From the NCBI GenBank assembly GCA_949289845.1, contig CASEPN010000003.1, positions 77,558-141,557 on the forward strand: a stretch of 64,000 nucleotides of DNA. Direction: 5' to 3'. The DNA comes from an uncultured Bacillota bacterium (GTDB taxonomy: Bacteria; Bacillota_I; Bacilli_A; RFN20; CAG-826). How positions within the stretch are numbered: the first letter of the stretch is position 1; each line of letters opens with the position of its first letter. This document shows, in pieces, positions 19,116-30,998 of this stretch. Under the pieces are notes generated by a model that saw only the letters and a program-made list of their open reading frames with translations, did no database searches and was not told the origin of the DNA. A program made the position numbers and the translations under genes.

Positions 19116-20279
19116 GTGGCCCCATATGTTTGCCCCCGGTGCGGGAACGAGGACGAATCTTTCCTTGGGATAGATAAGCAAGGGAAGACCTATTGCAGGA
19201 GGTGCCTTTCCTTTAACGGAAACTCCGCGAATCCGAACATCCATCGCTCTTTGGACGTTGGGCTCTCCCTTTCCTATGAGCTTTCCGATGACCAGAAACG
19301 ATTATCCAGGCGCTTGGTTGAAAACTTCCTCGCAGGGAGAGACAGCCTGGTGCACGCCGTATGCGGGGCGGGGAAGACAGAGATTGTCCTCGGTGTCTTC
19401 GAGCTTGCGCTGAAGCGAGGCCTCCAGTGCGGGTTCGCCGTGCCAAGAAGAGACGTCGCCATAGAGCTTCACGGACGCCTCGCCTCAGCCTTCCCTGGCA
19501 TTCGCTGCACGCTTGTCCATGGGGGGAGGACGAAGGAGCTGACAGGGGACCTCATTGTCCTCACGACGCATCAGCTATATCGCTACGAGCGTTATTTCGA
19601 CCTTCTCGTGGCTGACGAGATCGATGCATTCCCTTACCGGGGCGACTTCGTCCTTGAGTCCTTTCTCCGTCGTTCGGTCAGGGGAGGAGTCGTCTTCATG
19701 AGCGCCACCCCGCCTCCTGAGGTCGTCCAGGCGTTTTCAAGGGAGGGAAGGGATATCCTGCGACTGGACACCAGGTTCCACGGACATCCGATTCCCGTGC
19801 CCCGGTTCGTGGAGTCGCTTTCCATTGTTCAGCCCTTCCACGCCGCGTTCCTAGCGCGCAGCTTCCTAGCAAAGGGGAAGCGAGCGTTCCTATTCGCCCC
19901 CACTATCTGGGAGTGCGAGAGATGCTACCGCCTGATATCGCCCTTCCTTCGTGGAGGGGCCTACGTCCATAGCGAGCACCCCGATCGGGCGAGGGTCATC
20001 CACGACTTCCGGGAAGGAAAGCTTCGCTATTTGGTGACCACATCCGTCTTGGAGCGCGGCGTGACCGTCAAGGGCCTCCAGGCAATCATCCTCCACGCGG
20101 ACCAGGAGGCGATCTACGACAAGGCGACGCTTGTCCAGATATCCGGGAGGGTGGGGCGGAAGAAGGACGACCCGGAGGGGGAGGTGATCTTCCTTGCGGA
20201 GCGGAACACGGTCGCGATGAGGGAGGCTGCCGATGAAATCAGGAAGTCCAACGAGGCGCTGTCTCGTCTGCGGGGCTGA
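19116..20279 (+). CDS. comFA: competence helicase ComFA (DEAD/DEAH box with N-terminal Zn finger)
   Basis: CPRCGN...CRRC finger, GAGKTE Walker A, DEID box. GTG start with AAGGAGG Shine-Dalgarno 9 nt upstream. Confidence 0.8.
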   Translation: MAPYVCPRCGNEDESFLGIDKQGKTYCRRCLSFNGNSANPNIHRSLDVGLSLSYELSDDQKRLSRRLVENFLAGRDSLVHAVCGAGKTEIVLGVFELALKRGLQCGFAVPRRDVAIELHGRLASAFPGIRCTLVHGGRTKELTGDLIVLTTHQLYRYERYFDLLVADEIDAFPYRGDFVLESFLRRSVRGGVVFMSATPPPEVVQAFSREGRDILRLDTRFHGHPIPVPRFVESLSIVQPFHAAFLARSFLAKGKRAFLFAPTIWECERCYRLISPFLRGGAYVHSEHPDRARVIHDFREGKLRYLVTTSVLERGVTVKGLQAIILHADQEAIYDKATLVQISGRVGRKKDDPEGEVIFLAERNTVAMREAADEIRKSNEALSRLRG

Positions 20280-20904
20280 TACCTTCTCCCCGGGATGGCA
20301 TTCCATCCTTGAGGGGGAGCGCGGCATCTGCCAGGGGTGCCACGCAATGCTCGCCCCTTGTCTCAGGAGCTTTTCGCTTAACGGATGGAAGGTGCTCTAC
20401 CTATATGACTACGGGGAGTCCTTCCGGAACCTCCTTTATCTCTTCAAAGGATGCGGGGACTATGTCCTGGCGCCCCTTTTCCTTCGGACTCTTGCCCCAT
20501 TCCTCACCCTTCGCTTCCTTGGGAGGACCATGGTGCCGGCGCCCTCTTCCAAGGAAGGGGACGAGAAGAGGGGGTATAACCACGTCGTTGAGGTCTTCAG
20601 TCAATTATCCTTGCGGATGGAGCCTCTTTTTGAGAAAACCACATCCATCAAGCAAAGCGACCTATCCGAATCAGAACGAAAGAAGGTAAGAGACCGCCTT
20701 GTCTTCCAGCAAGGGAAGGAGAAGTTCCCTAAGGGAAGGAGGTTCCTCCTCGTGGACGACGTCTCTACGACGGGATCTACCCTCCTCGCGATGAGGGAAA
20801 TGCTCCTAGAGAAGGGGGCTCGCTCCGTCGACGGCCTCGTTCTCGCCCATGTCGAGAAAAAGGGCGGAAGCGCTATAGGTTTTGCCCCTTTGGAGGGGCA
20901 GTGA
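20233..20904 (+). CDS. comFC: ComF family protein (phosphoribosyltransferase domain)
   Basis: N-terminal CxxC...CxxC plus PRTase motif LLVDDVSTTGSTL; overlaps the comFA 3' end. Confidence 0.75.
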   Translation: MKSGSPTRRCLVCGADTFSPGWHSILEGERGICQGCHAMLAPCLRSFSLNGWKVLYLYDYGESFRNLLYLFKGCGDYVLAPLFLRTLAPFLTLRFLGRTMVPAPSSKEGDEKRGYNHVVEVFSQLSLRMEPLFEKTTSIKQSDLSESERKKVRDRLVFQQGKEKFPKGRRFLLVDDVSTTGSTLLAMREMLLEKGARSVDGLVLAHVEKKGGSAIGFAPLEGQ

Positions 20905-20937
20905 TAATATCACTGAGCCTTTGGGAGGAACTTTCGA

Positions 20938-23390
<2,453 letters not shown>

Positions 23391-23391
<1 letters not shown>

Positions 23392-24510
23392 TGAAAGAGC
23401 TAGTCGAACTCCGCCAGGCTGGGCAAGAGATCGCCCGCCTGGTCTCGCAGCTCGGTGACTCCCTTTGACCAGGAACGCCTGGAGACCATCGTAAGGGAGG
23501 CCGAGGAAGCCCAGAGCGACCCTTCCTTCTGGGATGACCAGAAAGCCGCTTTGGAAGTGGTGAACCGCTATAAGGCCGCCAAGGGAACCCTTGAGGATTA
23601 TTTGGACGTTAAGAGAGGTTCTGCAGAGCTTTCCGAGATTCTTGCGACGCTAGATCCGGATGATTCAGAGATGCTTGAGCTCATCGAGAGCGAGGAGAAG
23701 GAACTTTCCGAGAAGGTGGAGAGACTAAGAACCGCCCTCCTTTTCCGGGGAGAGTACGACTCTTTGAACTGCACCCTTGAGATTCATCCTGGCGCGGGAG
23801 GGACCGAGGCCCAGGACTGGGCCGACATGCTCCTCCGCATGTATTCACGTTGGGCCGAAAAGCACGGCTTCTCCTGGCAGGTGCTTTCCTATGAGCCAGG
23901 CGAGGAAGCGGGGCTCAAGAGCGTCTCCGTGAAGGTGTCCGGGTATAACGCCTACGGGATGCTCCGGGGCGAGAAAGGCGTCCACCGTCTGGTCAGGATC
24001 TCGCCTTTCGATAGCTCGGCGAGGCGCCACACGTCCTTTGCCTCCGTCAATGTCGTCCCCGAGTTCGGGAAGGTCAGCGACGTGGTCATCGACCCCAAGG
24101 ACCTTAGGGTCGACACCTTCCGTTCAGGGGGCGCCGGCGGACAGAACGTCAACAAGGTGAGCTCCGCGGTCCGCATCACCCACATTCCCACCGGAATCGT
24201 CGTCCAGTGCGAGATCGAGCGGAGCCAGGTCATGAACAAGGCGACTTGCATGGAGATGCTTTCCGACCGCCTCATGCAAAGGAAGATCGAGGAGCGGGAC
24301 CAGAAGCTCCGCTCGATCGTCGGAGAGCAGAAGAACATCGAATGGGGCTCGCAGATCCGCAGCTACGTCTTCTGCCCTTACACCCTCGTGAAGGACAACC
24401 GCACGAGCCACGAGACCTCCGACGTCAGCGGGGTCATGGACGGGGATCTCGACGGGTTCATCTATTCCTATCTGGAGAAGGAGTCCAAGGATGCCTCTTC
24501 GAAAGCTTAG
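23391..24510 (+). CDS. prfB: peptide chain release factor 2, expressed through a programmed +1 frameshift
   Basis: A 25-codon ORF (MKELVELRQAGQEIARLVSQLGDSL) ends at an in-frame TGA inside CTT TGA C. The +1 frame continues as DQERLETIV... through the GGQ motif (RSGGAGGQNVNKVSSAVRITH). ATG overlaps the secA stop (TAATG). Confidence 0.9.
23460..23470 (+). promoter_or_regulatory. prfB programmed +1 frameshift site (CTT TGA C)
   Basis: Canonical RF2 autoregulatory slip site: Leu CTT followed by an in-frame TGA and then C. Confidence 0.85.
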
Positions 24511-25576
24511 GGAAATCCCGCGGAAGGAACTGATCCGCGAAGGGAGAAACATTCTTTACGTCGTCCTCGGCTCCCTTGTCCTGGCCTTCGCCTCCGCCTG
24601 CTTCCTCGAGCCCCTTGAGATAGTTTCCGGCGGCCTTCTGTCGATCGGCATCATCCTGAACGGGGTGATCGAGCCTCTCGCCGGCTTCAACGTGAGCGAT
24701 ATCGTCGTCGCGATCGCCTCGATCCTCTTCTGGCTCATCGGGCTCATCTTCATAGGCTGGAAGTTCTCGGCGAGGACCCTGCTTTCGAGCCTTCTTTATC
24801 CCGCTTTCTTCTCCCTCTTCCTCAGGACCGGCTTCATCGACGTCGTCGGTCTATCCGCGCTTGTCGGAGCGGGAGAAGGGGAGGAGGTCCGTCATCTTAT
24901 CGGAGGCCTTTTCGGAGGGTTCCTCACAGGCGCCGGGGTCGCCATCAGCTTCCTCGGCGACGGGTCCACAGGCGGGGTCGATATCATCGCCCTCCTCCTT
25001 GGGAAAGCGACCCCCATCCGGGAAGACATCTGGACCTTCGCGATCGACGCGAGCCTCGTGCTCATAGGCGCGGCCGTCTACCAGGACATCCTCGTCGCCT
25101 TCATCGGCATCCTCACGGCCTTCTGCTCGGCGATGGCGATCCAGTTCATCTACATCCGCGGGAACTCGGCGATCATCGTCGAGGTCATCAGCGATAAGCG
25201 CGAGGAAATTCAGCGCTGGGCCGAGACGGAGCTGGAGCATGGCACGACCATCATCCGCGCCAGGGGCGGCTATTCCGGCGTTAGGCGTGACATTCTCCGT
25301 GTCATCGTCAACCGGAGCGAGCTCAACGCCTTCCGCAACAAGATCGCCGACATCGACCCGAAGGCCTTCGTCTCCATGACCCAGGCCCAGACGATCCACG
25401 GGCTCGGGTTCCGCCCTCTCGTGAACACCTCCAAGAGGAGCAAGTTCCGCGGGAGGCAGATTGAAGAGGACGTGGTCAATGAGGAAAGGCCGGGGCAGCG
25501 CCGCTACCACGGGGGACTCACCCGCGAGACCGGGCTCATCCACAACGAGGCGAAGAACAGGCGGAAGAGGCGCTAG
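24491..25576 (+). CDS. YitT-family membrane protein (DUF161/DUF2179) with basic C-terminal tail
   Basis: Multi-TM N-domain plus a C-terminal YitT-type soluble domain. Confidence 0.75.
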   Translation: MPLRKLREIPRKELIREGRNILYVVLGSLVLAFASACFLEPLEIVSGGLLSIGIILNGVIEPLAGFNVSDIVVAIASILFWLIGLIFIGWKFSARTLLSSLLYPAFFSLFLRTGFIDVVGLSALVGAGEGEEVRHLIGGLFGGFLTGAGVAISFLGDGSTGGVDIIALLLGKATPIREDIWTFAIDASLVLIGAAVYQDILVAFIGILTAFCSAMAIQFIYIRGNSAIIVEVISDKREEIQRWAETELEHGTTIIRARGGYSGVRRDILRVIVNRSELNAFRNKIADIDPKAFVSMTQAQTIHGLGFRPLVNTSKRSKFRGRQIEEDVVNEERPGQRRYHGGLTRETGLIHNEAKNRRKRR

Positions 25577-25578
25577 GG

Positions 25579-27561
25579 ATGGAATACGAGCGTCGACCTT
25601 TCGAACTAGTCAGTCCCTATAAGCCGACAGGGGATCAGCCTGAGGCGATCGAGAGGACGGTCCGTTCGATCCAAAGCGGACATCAATGGAACGTCATCCT
25701 CGGCGCGACCGGCACGGGGAAGACCTTCACCGCGGCGAACATTATCGCGAAGCTCGGGAAGCCTACCCTCGTTCTTGTCCATAACAAGACCCTTGCCTCG
25801 CAGCTTTACGGCGAGTTCAAGGAACTTTTCCCGAATAACCGGGTCGAGTACTTCGTCTCGAACTTCGACTTCTACCAGCCCGAGGCCTACGTCCCGAAGA
25901 CGGACACCTACATCGAGAAAGAAGCCGTGATGAACGACGAGATCGAGATGCTTCGCTGCGCGGCGGTCAACTCGATCGTCCATCGGAGCGACACCATCTG
26001 CGTCGCGTCCGTAGCCGCCATCTACGGACTAGGGGACCCCGAGGAATACCGGGGCCTTGCCTTCGAGGTACGGGAAGGGATGGAACTGGATCGAGGGGAG
26101 TTCCTCGCGCGGCTCGTGGAATGCCAGTACCGGCGGACGAACTACGACCTCGAGCCAGGGACGTTCCGCGTCCACGGGGACATCATCGACATCGCACCGA
26201 TGGCGGAAGGGGACACCTACCTTCGCATATCCCTTTTTGGCGACGAGGTGGAAAGCATCTCGGAGGTCGATTCGATTACAGGGAAGGCGAGGAACTTCTT
26301 CAAGACCCATCCCATCTATCCGGCTTACGATCACGCTTCGACGAGAAAAAGAATTCAGGAAGCTTGCAAGACCATCAGCGAAGAATTGGAAGAAAGACTT
26401 CGGTTCTTCAAGGATAACGGGAAACTTCTTGAAGCCGAGAGGCTCGAGATGCGGACGAGGCAGGACATGGACTCCATGATGGAGTTCGGGATTTGCCGAG
26501 GCATCGAGAACTACTCCCGCCACATCGACAAGAGACAGCCCGGGCAGCGCCCGTGGTGCCTCATCGACTATTTCCCTAAGGACTTCCTCCTAATGATCGA
26601 CGAGTCCCACGTCACCATCCCGCAGCTGAACGGGATGTACAACGGGGACCGCTCGCGCAAGGAGACCCTCGTCGAGTACGGGTTCCGTCTTCCCTCGGCC
26701 CTGGACAATAGGCCGCTGAAGTTCGACGAGCTTCTTTCCCTTGCCCCCCAGAGCATCATCTGCACCTCCGCGACTCCCGGGCCGTTCGAGATGGAGAAGT
26801 CTGGGGGAGTGATCGCCGAGCAGATCATCCGTCCCACTGGTCTTCTTGACCCTGAGATTTCCGTCAGGAGGAGCCAGGGGCAGGTAGACGACCTCATGAA
26901 CGAGATTCGCCAGAGGGTGGAAAAGAACGAAAGAACGATGGTCGTCACCTTGACGATCCGCATGGCGGAGGACCTCACAGAGTTCATGAAGGCCAGGGGA
27001 ATCAAGGTCGCCTATCTCCATAACGAGACGAAGACCCTGGAAAGGACGCAGATCATCTATGAGCTTCGGAAGGGGAAGTACGACGTCCTTGTGGGCATCA
27101 ACCTTCTCCGCGAGGGCCTCGATATCCCCGAGGTGAGCCTTATCGCTATCCTGGACGCGGACAAGGAAGGCTTCCTCCGGAGCACGACCTCCCTTATACA
27201 AATCATCGGTCGCGCGGCGAGGAACGCGAACGGCAAGGTCATCATGTACGCGGACGAGATGACGCGGTCGATGAAGGAGGCGATTGGGGAGACGAACCGC
27301 CGGCGGTCCATCCAGATGGCCTACAACGAGGAGAACGGCATCGTCCCGATGACCATCATCAAGGAAATCCGTCCGCCTCTTTCCAATATGGAGGAAGGCC
27401 CGAAGAAGACGAGGGTCACCTCCTCCTCGCCCCGCTCCCAGATCGAGAAGGAGATCAAGTCCGTCGAAAGGGAGATGCGCGAGGCGGCGAAGGCATATGA
27501 GTTTGAAAGGGCCGCCGAGCTTAGGGACATCCTCTTTGAGCTTAAGGCGATGCTTGGGTAG
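25579..27561 (+). CDS. uvrB: excinuclease ABC subunit B
   Basis: GATGTGKTFT Walker A, beta-hairpin region and C-terminal UVR motif (AAELRD). Confidence 0.95.
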   Translation: MEYERRPFELVSPYKPTGDQPEAIERTVRSIQSGHQWNVILGATGTGKTFTAANIIAKLGKPTLVLVHNKTLASQLYGEFKELFPNNRVEYFVSNFDFYQPEAYVPKTDTYIEKEAVMNDEIEMLRCAAVNSIVHRSDTICVASVAAIYGLGDPEEYRGLAFEVREGMELDRGEFLARLVECQYRRTNYDLEPGTFRVHGDIIDIAPMAEGDTYLRISLFGDEVESISEVDSITGKARNFFKTHPIYPAYDHASTRKRIQEACKTISEELEERLRFFKDNGKLLEAERLEMRTRQDMDSMMEFGICRGIENYSRHIDKRQPGQRPWCLIDYFPKDFLLMIDESHVTIPQLNGMYNGDRSRKETLVEYGFRLPSALDNRPLKFDELLSLAPQSIICTSATPGPFEMEKSGGVIAEQIIRPTGLLDPEISVRRSQGQVDDLMNEIRQRVEKNERTMVVTLTIRMAEDLTEFMKARGIKVAYLHNETKTLERTQIIYELRKGKYDVLVGINLLREGLDIPEVSLIAILDADKEGFLRSTTSLIQIIGRAARNANGKVIMYADEMTRSMKEAIGETNRRRSIQMAYNEENGIVPMTIIKEIRPPLSNMEEGPKKTRVTSSSPRSQIEKEIKSVEREMREAAKAYEFERAAELRDILFELKAMLG

Positions 27562-27563
27562 AA

Positions 27564-28208
27564 ATGGATAGGATTGTCATCTTCGATTTCGACGGTACTC
27601 TCTTCGATACGGCAGATGCCATGGTCGTCATCTTCCGGAAGAGCTTCCAGGAAGTGGGCATGGGCTGCACGGAGGAGGAGGCGCGTCACTACATGCACCA
27701 GTCCCTCCAGGAGACGATCGTGGAAAGCGGAGTTCCACAGGAAAGCATCAATCGCTATGTGGAGGCGATCCTCAAATACCTGGATTGTCCCGAGGCGAAC
27801 TTCGTCACGCGTCCCTTCCCTGAGACAAGGGAGGCCCTTTCGCTTCTTGAAGGACTCGACATCCCAATGGGCGTTGTGACCGGCAATACGGTGCCTCATG
27901 TGAAGGGAATCCTTTCCGCGAACGGGATGGAGCGTTACTTCGTTTCCTATGTGGGATCTGATGTCTGCGAGGCGCATAAGCCTGATCCGGAGCCCTTGCT
28001 CAAGTGCCTTGAGGCGTGGCCCGAGGAGCTTAGGGCCAAGGCTTGCTACATCGGCGATAGCCTCCAGGACATGGAATGCGCGGCGAGAGCGTCCCTCCCC
28101 TCCGTCCTCATCGAACGGACCCCTGGGGAATATGAAGGTTACCAAGGCCTTAAGGCAACGAACCTGATCGATGCACTTTCCCTTCTTGGAATCCATGCAA
28201 ACTCTTAA
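27564..28208 (+). CDS. HAD-superfamily hydrolase (subfamily IA phosphatase-like)
   Basis: FDFDGTLFDT motif I. Confidence 0.75.
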   Translation: MDRIVIFDFDGTLFDTADAMVVIFRKSFQEVGMGCTEEEARHYMHQSLQETIVESGVPQESINRYVEAILKYLDCPEANFVTRPFPETREALSLLEGLDIPMGVVTGNTVPHVKGILSANGMERYFVSYVGSDVCEAHKPDPEPLLKCLEAWPEELRAKACYIGDSLQDMECAARASLPSVLIERTPGEYEGYQGLKATNLIDALSLLGIHANS

Positions 28209-28355
28209 TCAAAGTAGTGATTTCTTGTTTCCTTGAATCAAGGGAAAGTTGGGTTCTATCTCCTTGCGAAAGCCTAAATTGACCCATGAATTCCAACGTA
28301 GACAAGAGGGAGGGGAATCCCTATAGTATTTGACGCGCTAAGGCGCCTATTAATC

Positions 28356-28664
28356 ATGCTGCAGTGGTACGACTACATATTCATCGTTGTCTCGCTCATC
28401 ATCATCGTGCTTGCGCTTCTGCAGGGCGGTAAGAGCGAGGGCGCTTCCGGCGCGATCACCGGTGGCGGTCTCAACGTCTTTGCGAAGACTAAGGAGCGCG
28501 GCAGCCAGAAGATCGTCACCTGGCTCACCTTCGGGTTCGCCATCGTCTGGCTCTTCCTCGCCCTCCTGATCATGGTGCTCAACAGCACTACCGGCGCCTC
28601 CGATACGACTGCTTCGAGCGAAAGCGCAGCCGTCGCGGCTGTCATGGTGCCCTTTCTCTTCTAG
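28356..28664 (+). CDS. secG: preprotein translocase subunit SecG
   Basis: 102-aa two-TM protein with a Gly-rich loop (GASGAITGGGLNVFAK). Confidence 0.75.
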   Translation: MLQWYDYIFIVVSLIIIVLALLQGGKSEGASGAITGGGLNVFAKTKERGSQKIVTWLTFGFAIVWLFLALLIMVLNSTTGASDTTASSESAAVAAVMVPFLF

Positions 28665-28685
28665 GAAGAAGTAACGCGTTCTTGA

Positions 28686-28706
28686 AACGGGCTTCGGCCC
28701 GTTTTT
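28686..28706 (+). terminator. rho-independent terminator after secG
   Basis: ACGGGC-TTCG-GCCCGT hairpin followed by TTTTT. Confidence 0.6.
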
Positions 28707-28725
28707 CTGACCTCGGCTTATAATC

Positions 28726-29526
28726 ATGGGGATGGAAGTCCGTGAGTTCGTCAAAGCTAGGAAGGAAGCTCTCAAGGAAGAGGCATCTTCCTTTAGCCGG
28801 CCTCCCCTGATCGCCATCGTCCAGGTCGGGCACGTTCCCGCAAGCGACTCCTACATCCGGGGGAAGAGGAAGGATGCCGAGGAAATCGGCTTCTCCTCGC
28901 GCCTTGTCTCTTTCGAGGAAGACGTTACTGAGACTGAGCTTGCGGATTCGGTCCATCAGCTCTCGGAGGACCCCTGCATCGACGGGATCATCGTCCAGCT
29001 TCCTCTCCCTAAGGGAATCTTCCTTAAGAGAATCCAGGAGGCGATTGTTCCTGAGAAGGACATCGATGGCTTCGGGCCCTTCTCTCCCTATGATGCCTGC
29101 ACCCCCAAGGGGATACTTATGTACTTGGACGCGAATGGCTTCCAGTTCGAAGGAAGGAACGCGGTGGTCCTGGGTCGCTCGGACATCGTGGGGAAGCCCA
29201 TGGCGAGGCTCCTGACCGCCCGGAACATGAACGTGACCCTCCTCCACAGCAGGACTTCCCTTGAGGACGAGAAGTTCTATGTCTCCCATGCCGACCTCGT
29301 CGTTGCCTCCATCGGCAAGGCTGGCTTCCTAGACGACCGCTTCCAGTTCAAGAAAGATGCCTGGCTCGTGGATGTCGGCATTAACCGGGGAGAAGACGGG
29401 CACCTGCATGGCGATATCCTTCCAGGAAGAGACGTGGCCTTGCAGACCCCGGTGCCCGGGGGAGTGGGCCTACTTACGAGGCTCGCCTTGATGGAAAACC
29501 TCTTTGAGGCAGCCAAAAGGAGATGA
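28726..29526 (+). CDS. folD: bifunctional methylene-THF dehydrogenase/methenyl-THF cyclohydrolase
   Basis: DGIIVQLPLP and YIRGKRKDAEEIGF motifs. Confidence 0.92.
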   Translation: MGMEVREFVKARKEALKEEASSFSRPPLIAIVQVGHVPASDSYIRGKRKDAEEIGFSSRLVSFEEDVTETELADSVHQLSEDPCIDGIIVQLPLPKGIFLKRIQEAIVPEKDIDGFGPFSPYDACTPKGILMYLDANGFQFEGRNAVVLGRSDIVGKPMARLLTARNMNVTLLHSRTSLEDEKFYVSHADLVVASIGKAGFLDDRFQFKKDAWLVDVGINRGEDGHLHGDILPGRDVALQTPVPGGVGLLTRLALMENLFEAAKRR

Positions 29527-30137
29527 AGATGGGATTTTCGATCGGCAACGAATACGTCTATGGCCTAGAGAGGGCAGTGAAGGCGTCCGGCAATCCGATG
29601 AGGACGAAGATCGACACCACTGAACCCGGGGAGAAGGACTTCCTCAGGGCGTCTCGCCTTGGGTCCGCCCAGAACGGGCTCGGGCACGACAACTTCCTGA
29701 AGGGGATCACCCTCCATGTCGACGTCAGGGCTCCTCTCTACTGGTGGAAGGAGGCTCAGCGCTACCACTGGTTCGACTTCGTCTCCAGCCAGTCGACGAT
29801 GCACTGTCTCCTGAAGTTCGACGTCCGCGAGCAGTGCGTCGAGGAGACCGACCCCGTCATCTTGGACAGGATCGAGGAGATGGTCGGTGAGTACCGTGCC
29901 ATACCTGATGACGATGGTCACCGCGAAGAGCAGAAGGAGAAGTGGAGGAGGATCGTCGCCTCCCTTCCTTCCGGGTTCATGCTTGCCGCGACGATGGTCA
30001 CCAACTACCAGCAGCTGAAGACGATGTACATCCAGCGGAGGCACCACAAGCTGAAGGAGTGGCATGTCTTCTGCGACTGGTGCGAAGGGCTGCCGCGCTT
30101 CTTGGAGCTGACGGGAGCAAAGGAACTTGCGAAATAA
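29523..30137 (+). CDS. divergent ThyX-like (flavin-dependent thymidylate synthase fold) protein with degenerate signature motif
   Basis: ATG overlaps the folD stop (ATGA). Segments GHDNFLKGITLHVDVRAPLYWWKEAQRYHW and RRHHKLKEWHVF resemble ThyX (HVKAPIFVARQWFRHR ... RADSHAQWE, recalled from memory). The RHRX7S motif is replaced by RYHWFDFVSSQS. Confidence 0.55.
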   Translation: MKMGFSIGNEYVYGLERAVKASGNPMRTKIDTTEPGEKDFLRASRLGSAQNGLGHDNFLKGITLHVDVRAPLYWWKEAQRYHWFDFVSSQSTMHCLLKFDVREQCVEETDPVILDRIEEMVGEYRAIPDDDGHREEQKEKWRRIVASLPSGFMLAATMVTNYQQLKTMYIQRRHHKLKEWHVFCDWCEGLPRFLELTGAKELAK

Positions 30138-30162
30138 AAACGCCCGGCTGGGCGTTTTTTTT
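30136..30162. terminator. bidirectional rho-independent terminator between convergent genes
   Basis: AAAAA-CGCCC-GGCT-GGGCG-TTTTTTTT. Confidence 0.8.
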
Positions 30163-30172
30163 GGGCGAGCCC

Positions 30173-30838
30173 CTACTTCCTCTTGTTCTTGGAATAGAGG
30201 GCGGCGAAGGCGTCGTATGCGAGGTAGACGCCTACGCCTGCGACAAGGATGCCGATGATGATCGTGAGCGCCTGGAGGATGACCCCGGACTGGTCGTTAT
30301 AGATGAAGAGGACGATCCCTCCGGCGATCGCGGCAAGCCCGACCACCATGATGGCAACGGACATCATGGTCCGTTCCACTTTGCCGATGAGTAGCGCGAT
30401 TCCGAAGAGAAGGGCGAGGGCGCCGATGGTGATGAAGATGGTGGCGATGAGCGTGATCGCGGTCTCGAGGAACTGGGTGATCCCGAGCTTGTTGCCGGTG
30501 CAGTAGAGGATGATGAGCCCGATCCCGAGGGCGAGGAAGATCCCTGCCGCGACGAGCATCCCGTAGCGGATCCTCTCGCGGACCTTCTTCCTTCCTTCGG
30601 CGTCCTTGTCTCTGGCGAGGAGGACGGGGATGAAGCCAAGGAGCACCCGGATGAGCCCGATCACGATAAGGAGAGACCCGATCGCCGGGAACATCACGTC
30701 AAACGTCTTCTGGTAGAAGCAGATGGTGAGGATGCCGGCGACGATGAATAGCGCGGCCTCCACCAATGTCAGGGCGATCCATTTCCCGGATCCACGGGAG
30801 AAGCTTGTCGCTTCCAGCTTGCTAGTCAGCTTTGCCAT
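30173..30838 (-). CDS. small polytopic membrane protein (DUF308/HdeD-like repeats)
   Basis: Six or more hydrophobic helices with repeated G-rich motifs; no recognisable catalytic motif. Confidence 0.6.
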   Translation of the reverse strand: MAKLTSKLEATSFSRGSGKWIALTLVEAALFIVAGILTICFYQKTFDVMFPAIGSLLIVIGLIRVLLGFIPVLLARDKDAEGRKKVRERIRYGMLVAAGIFLALGIGLIILYCTGNKLGITQFLETAITLIATIFITIGALALLFGIALLIGKVERTMMSVAIMVVGLAAIAGGIVLFIYNDQSGVILQALTIIIGILVAGVGVYLAYDAFAALYSKNKRK

Positions 30839-30912
30839 GCTTGTTCCTCCAACATTCTCCTAATTATCCCCTTGGAACTCTACTCTGAGTAGCGCGTTCG
30901 TAAACGTTCGCG

Positions 30913-30979
30913 ATTTGCGGGTTGGCGAGAAACCTAACCTTGAAAGCAAAAATCGCTTTGATACCATATGCCCGCAAAT
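30913..30979. promoter_or_regulatory. 9-bp inverted repeat ATTTGCGGG ... CCCGCAAAT (57-nt spacer) in the aminopeptidase 5' region
   Basis: Read directly; arms at 30913-30921 and 30971-30979, with a nested GCGATT/AATCGC pair. Confidence 0.45.
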
Positions 30980-30998
30980 TTTATCTGGAGGTAAAGCC

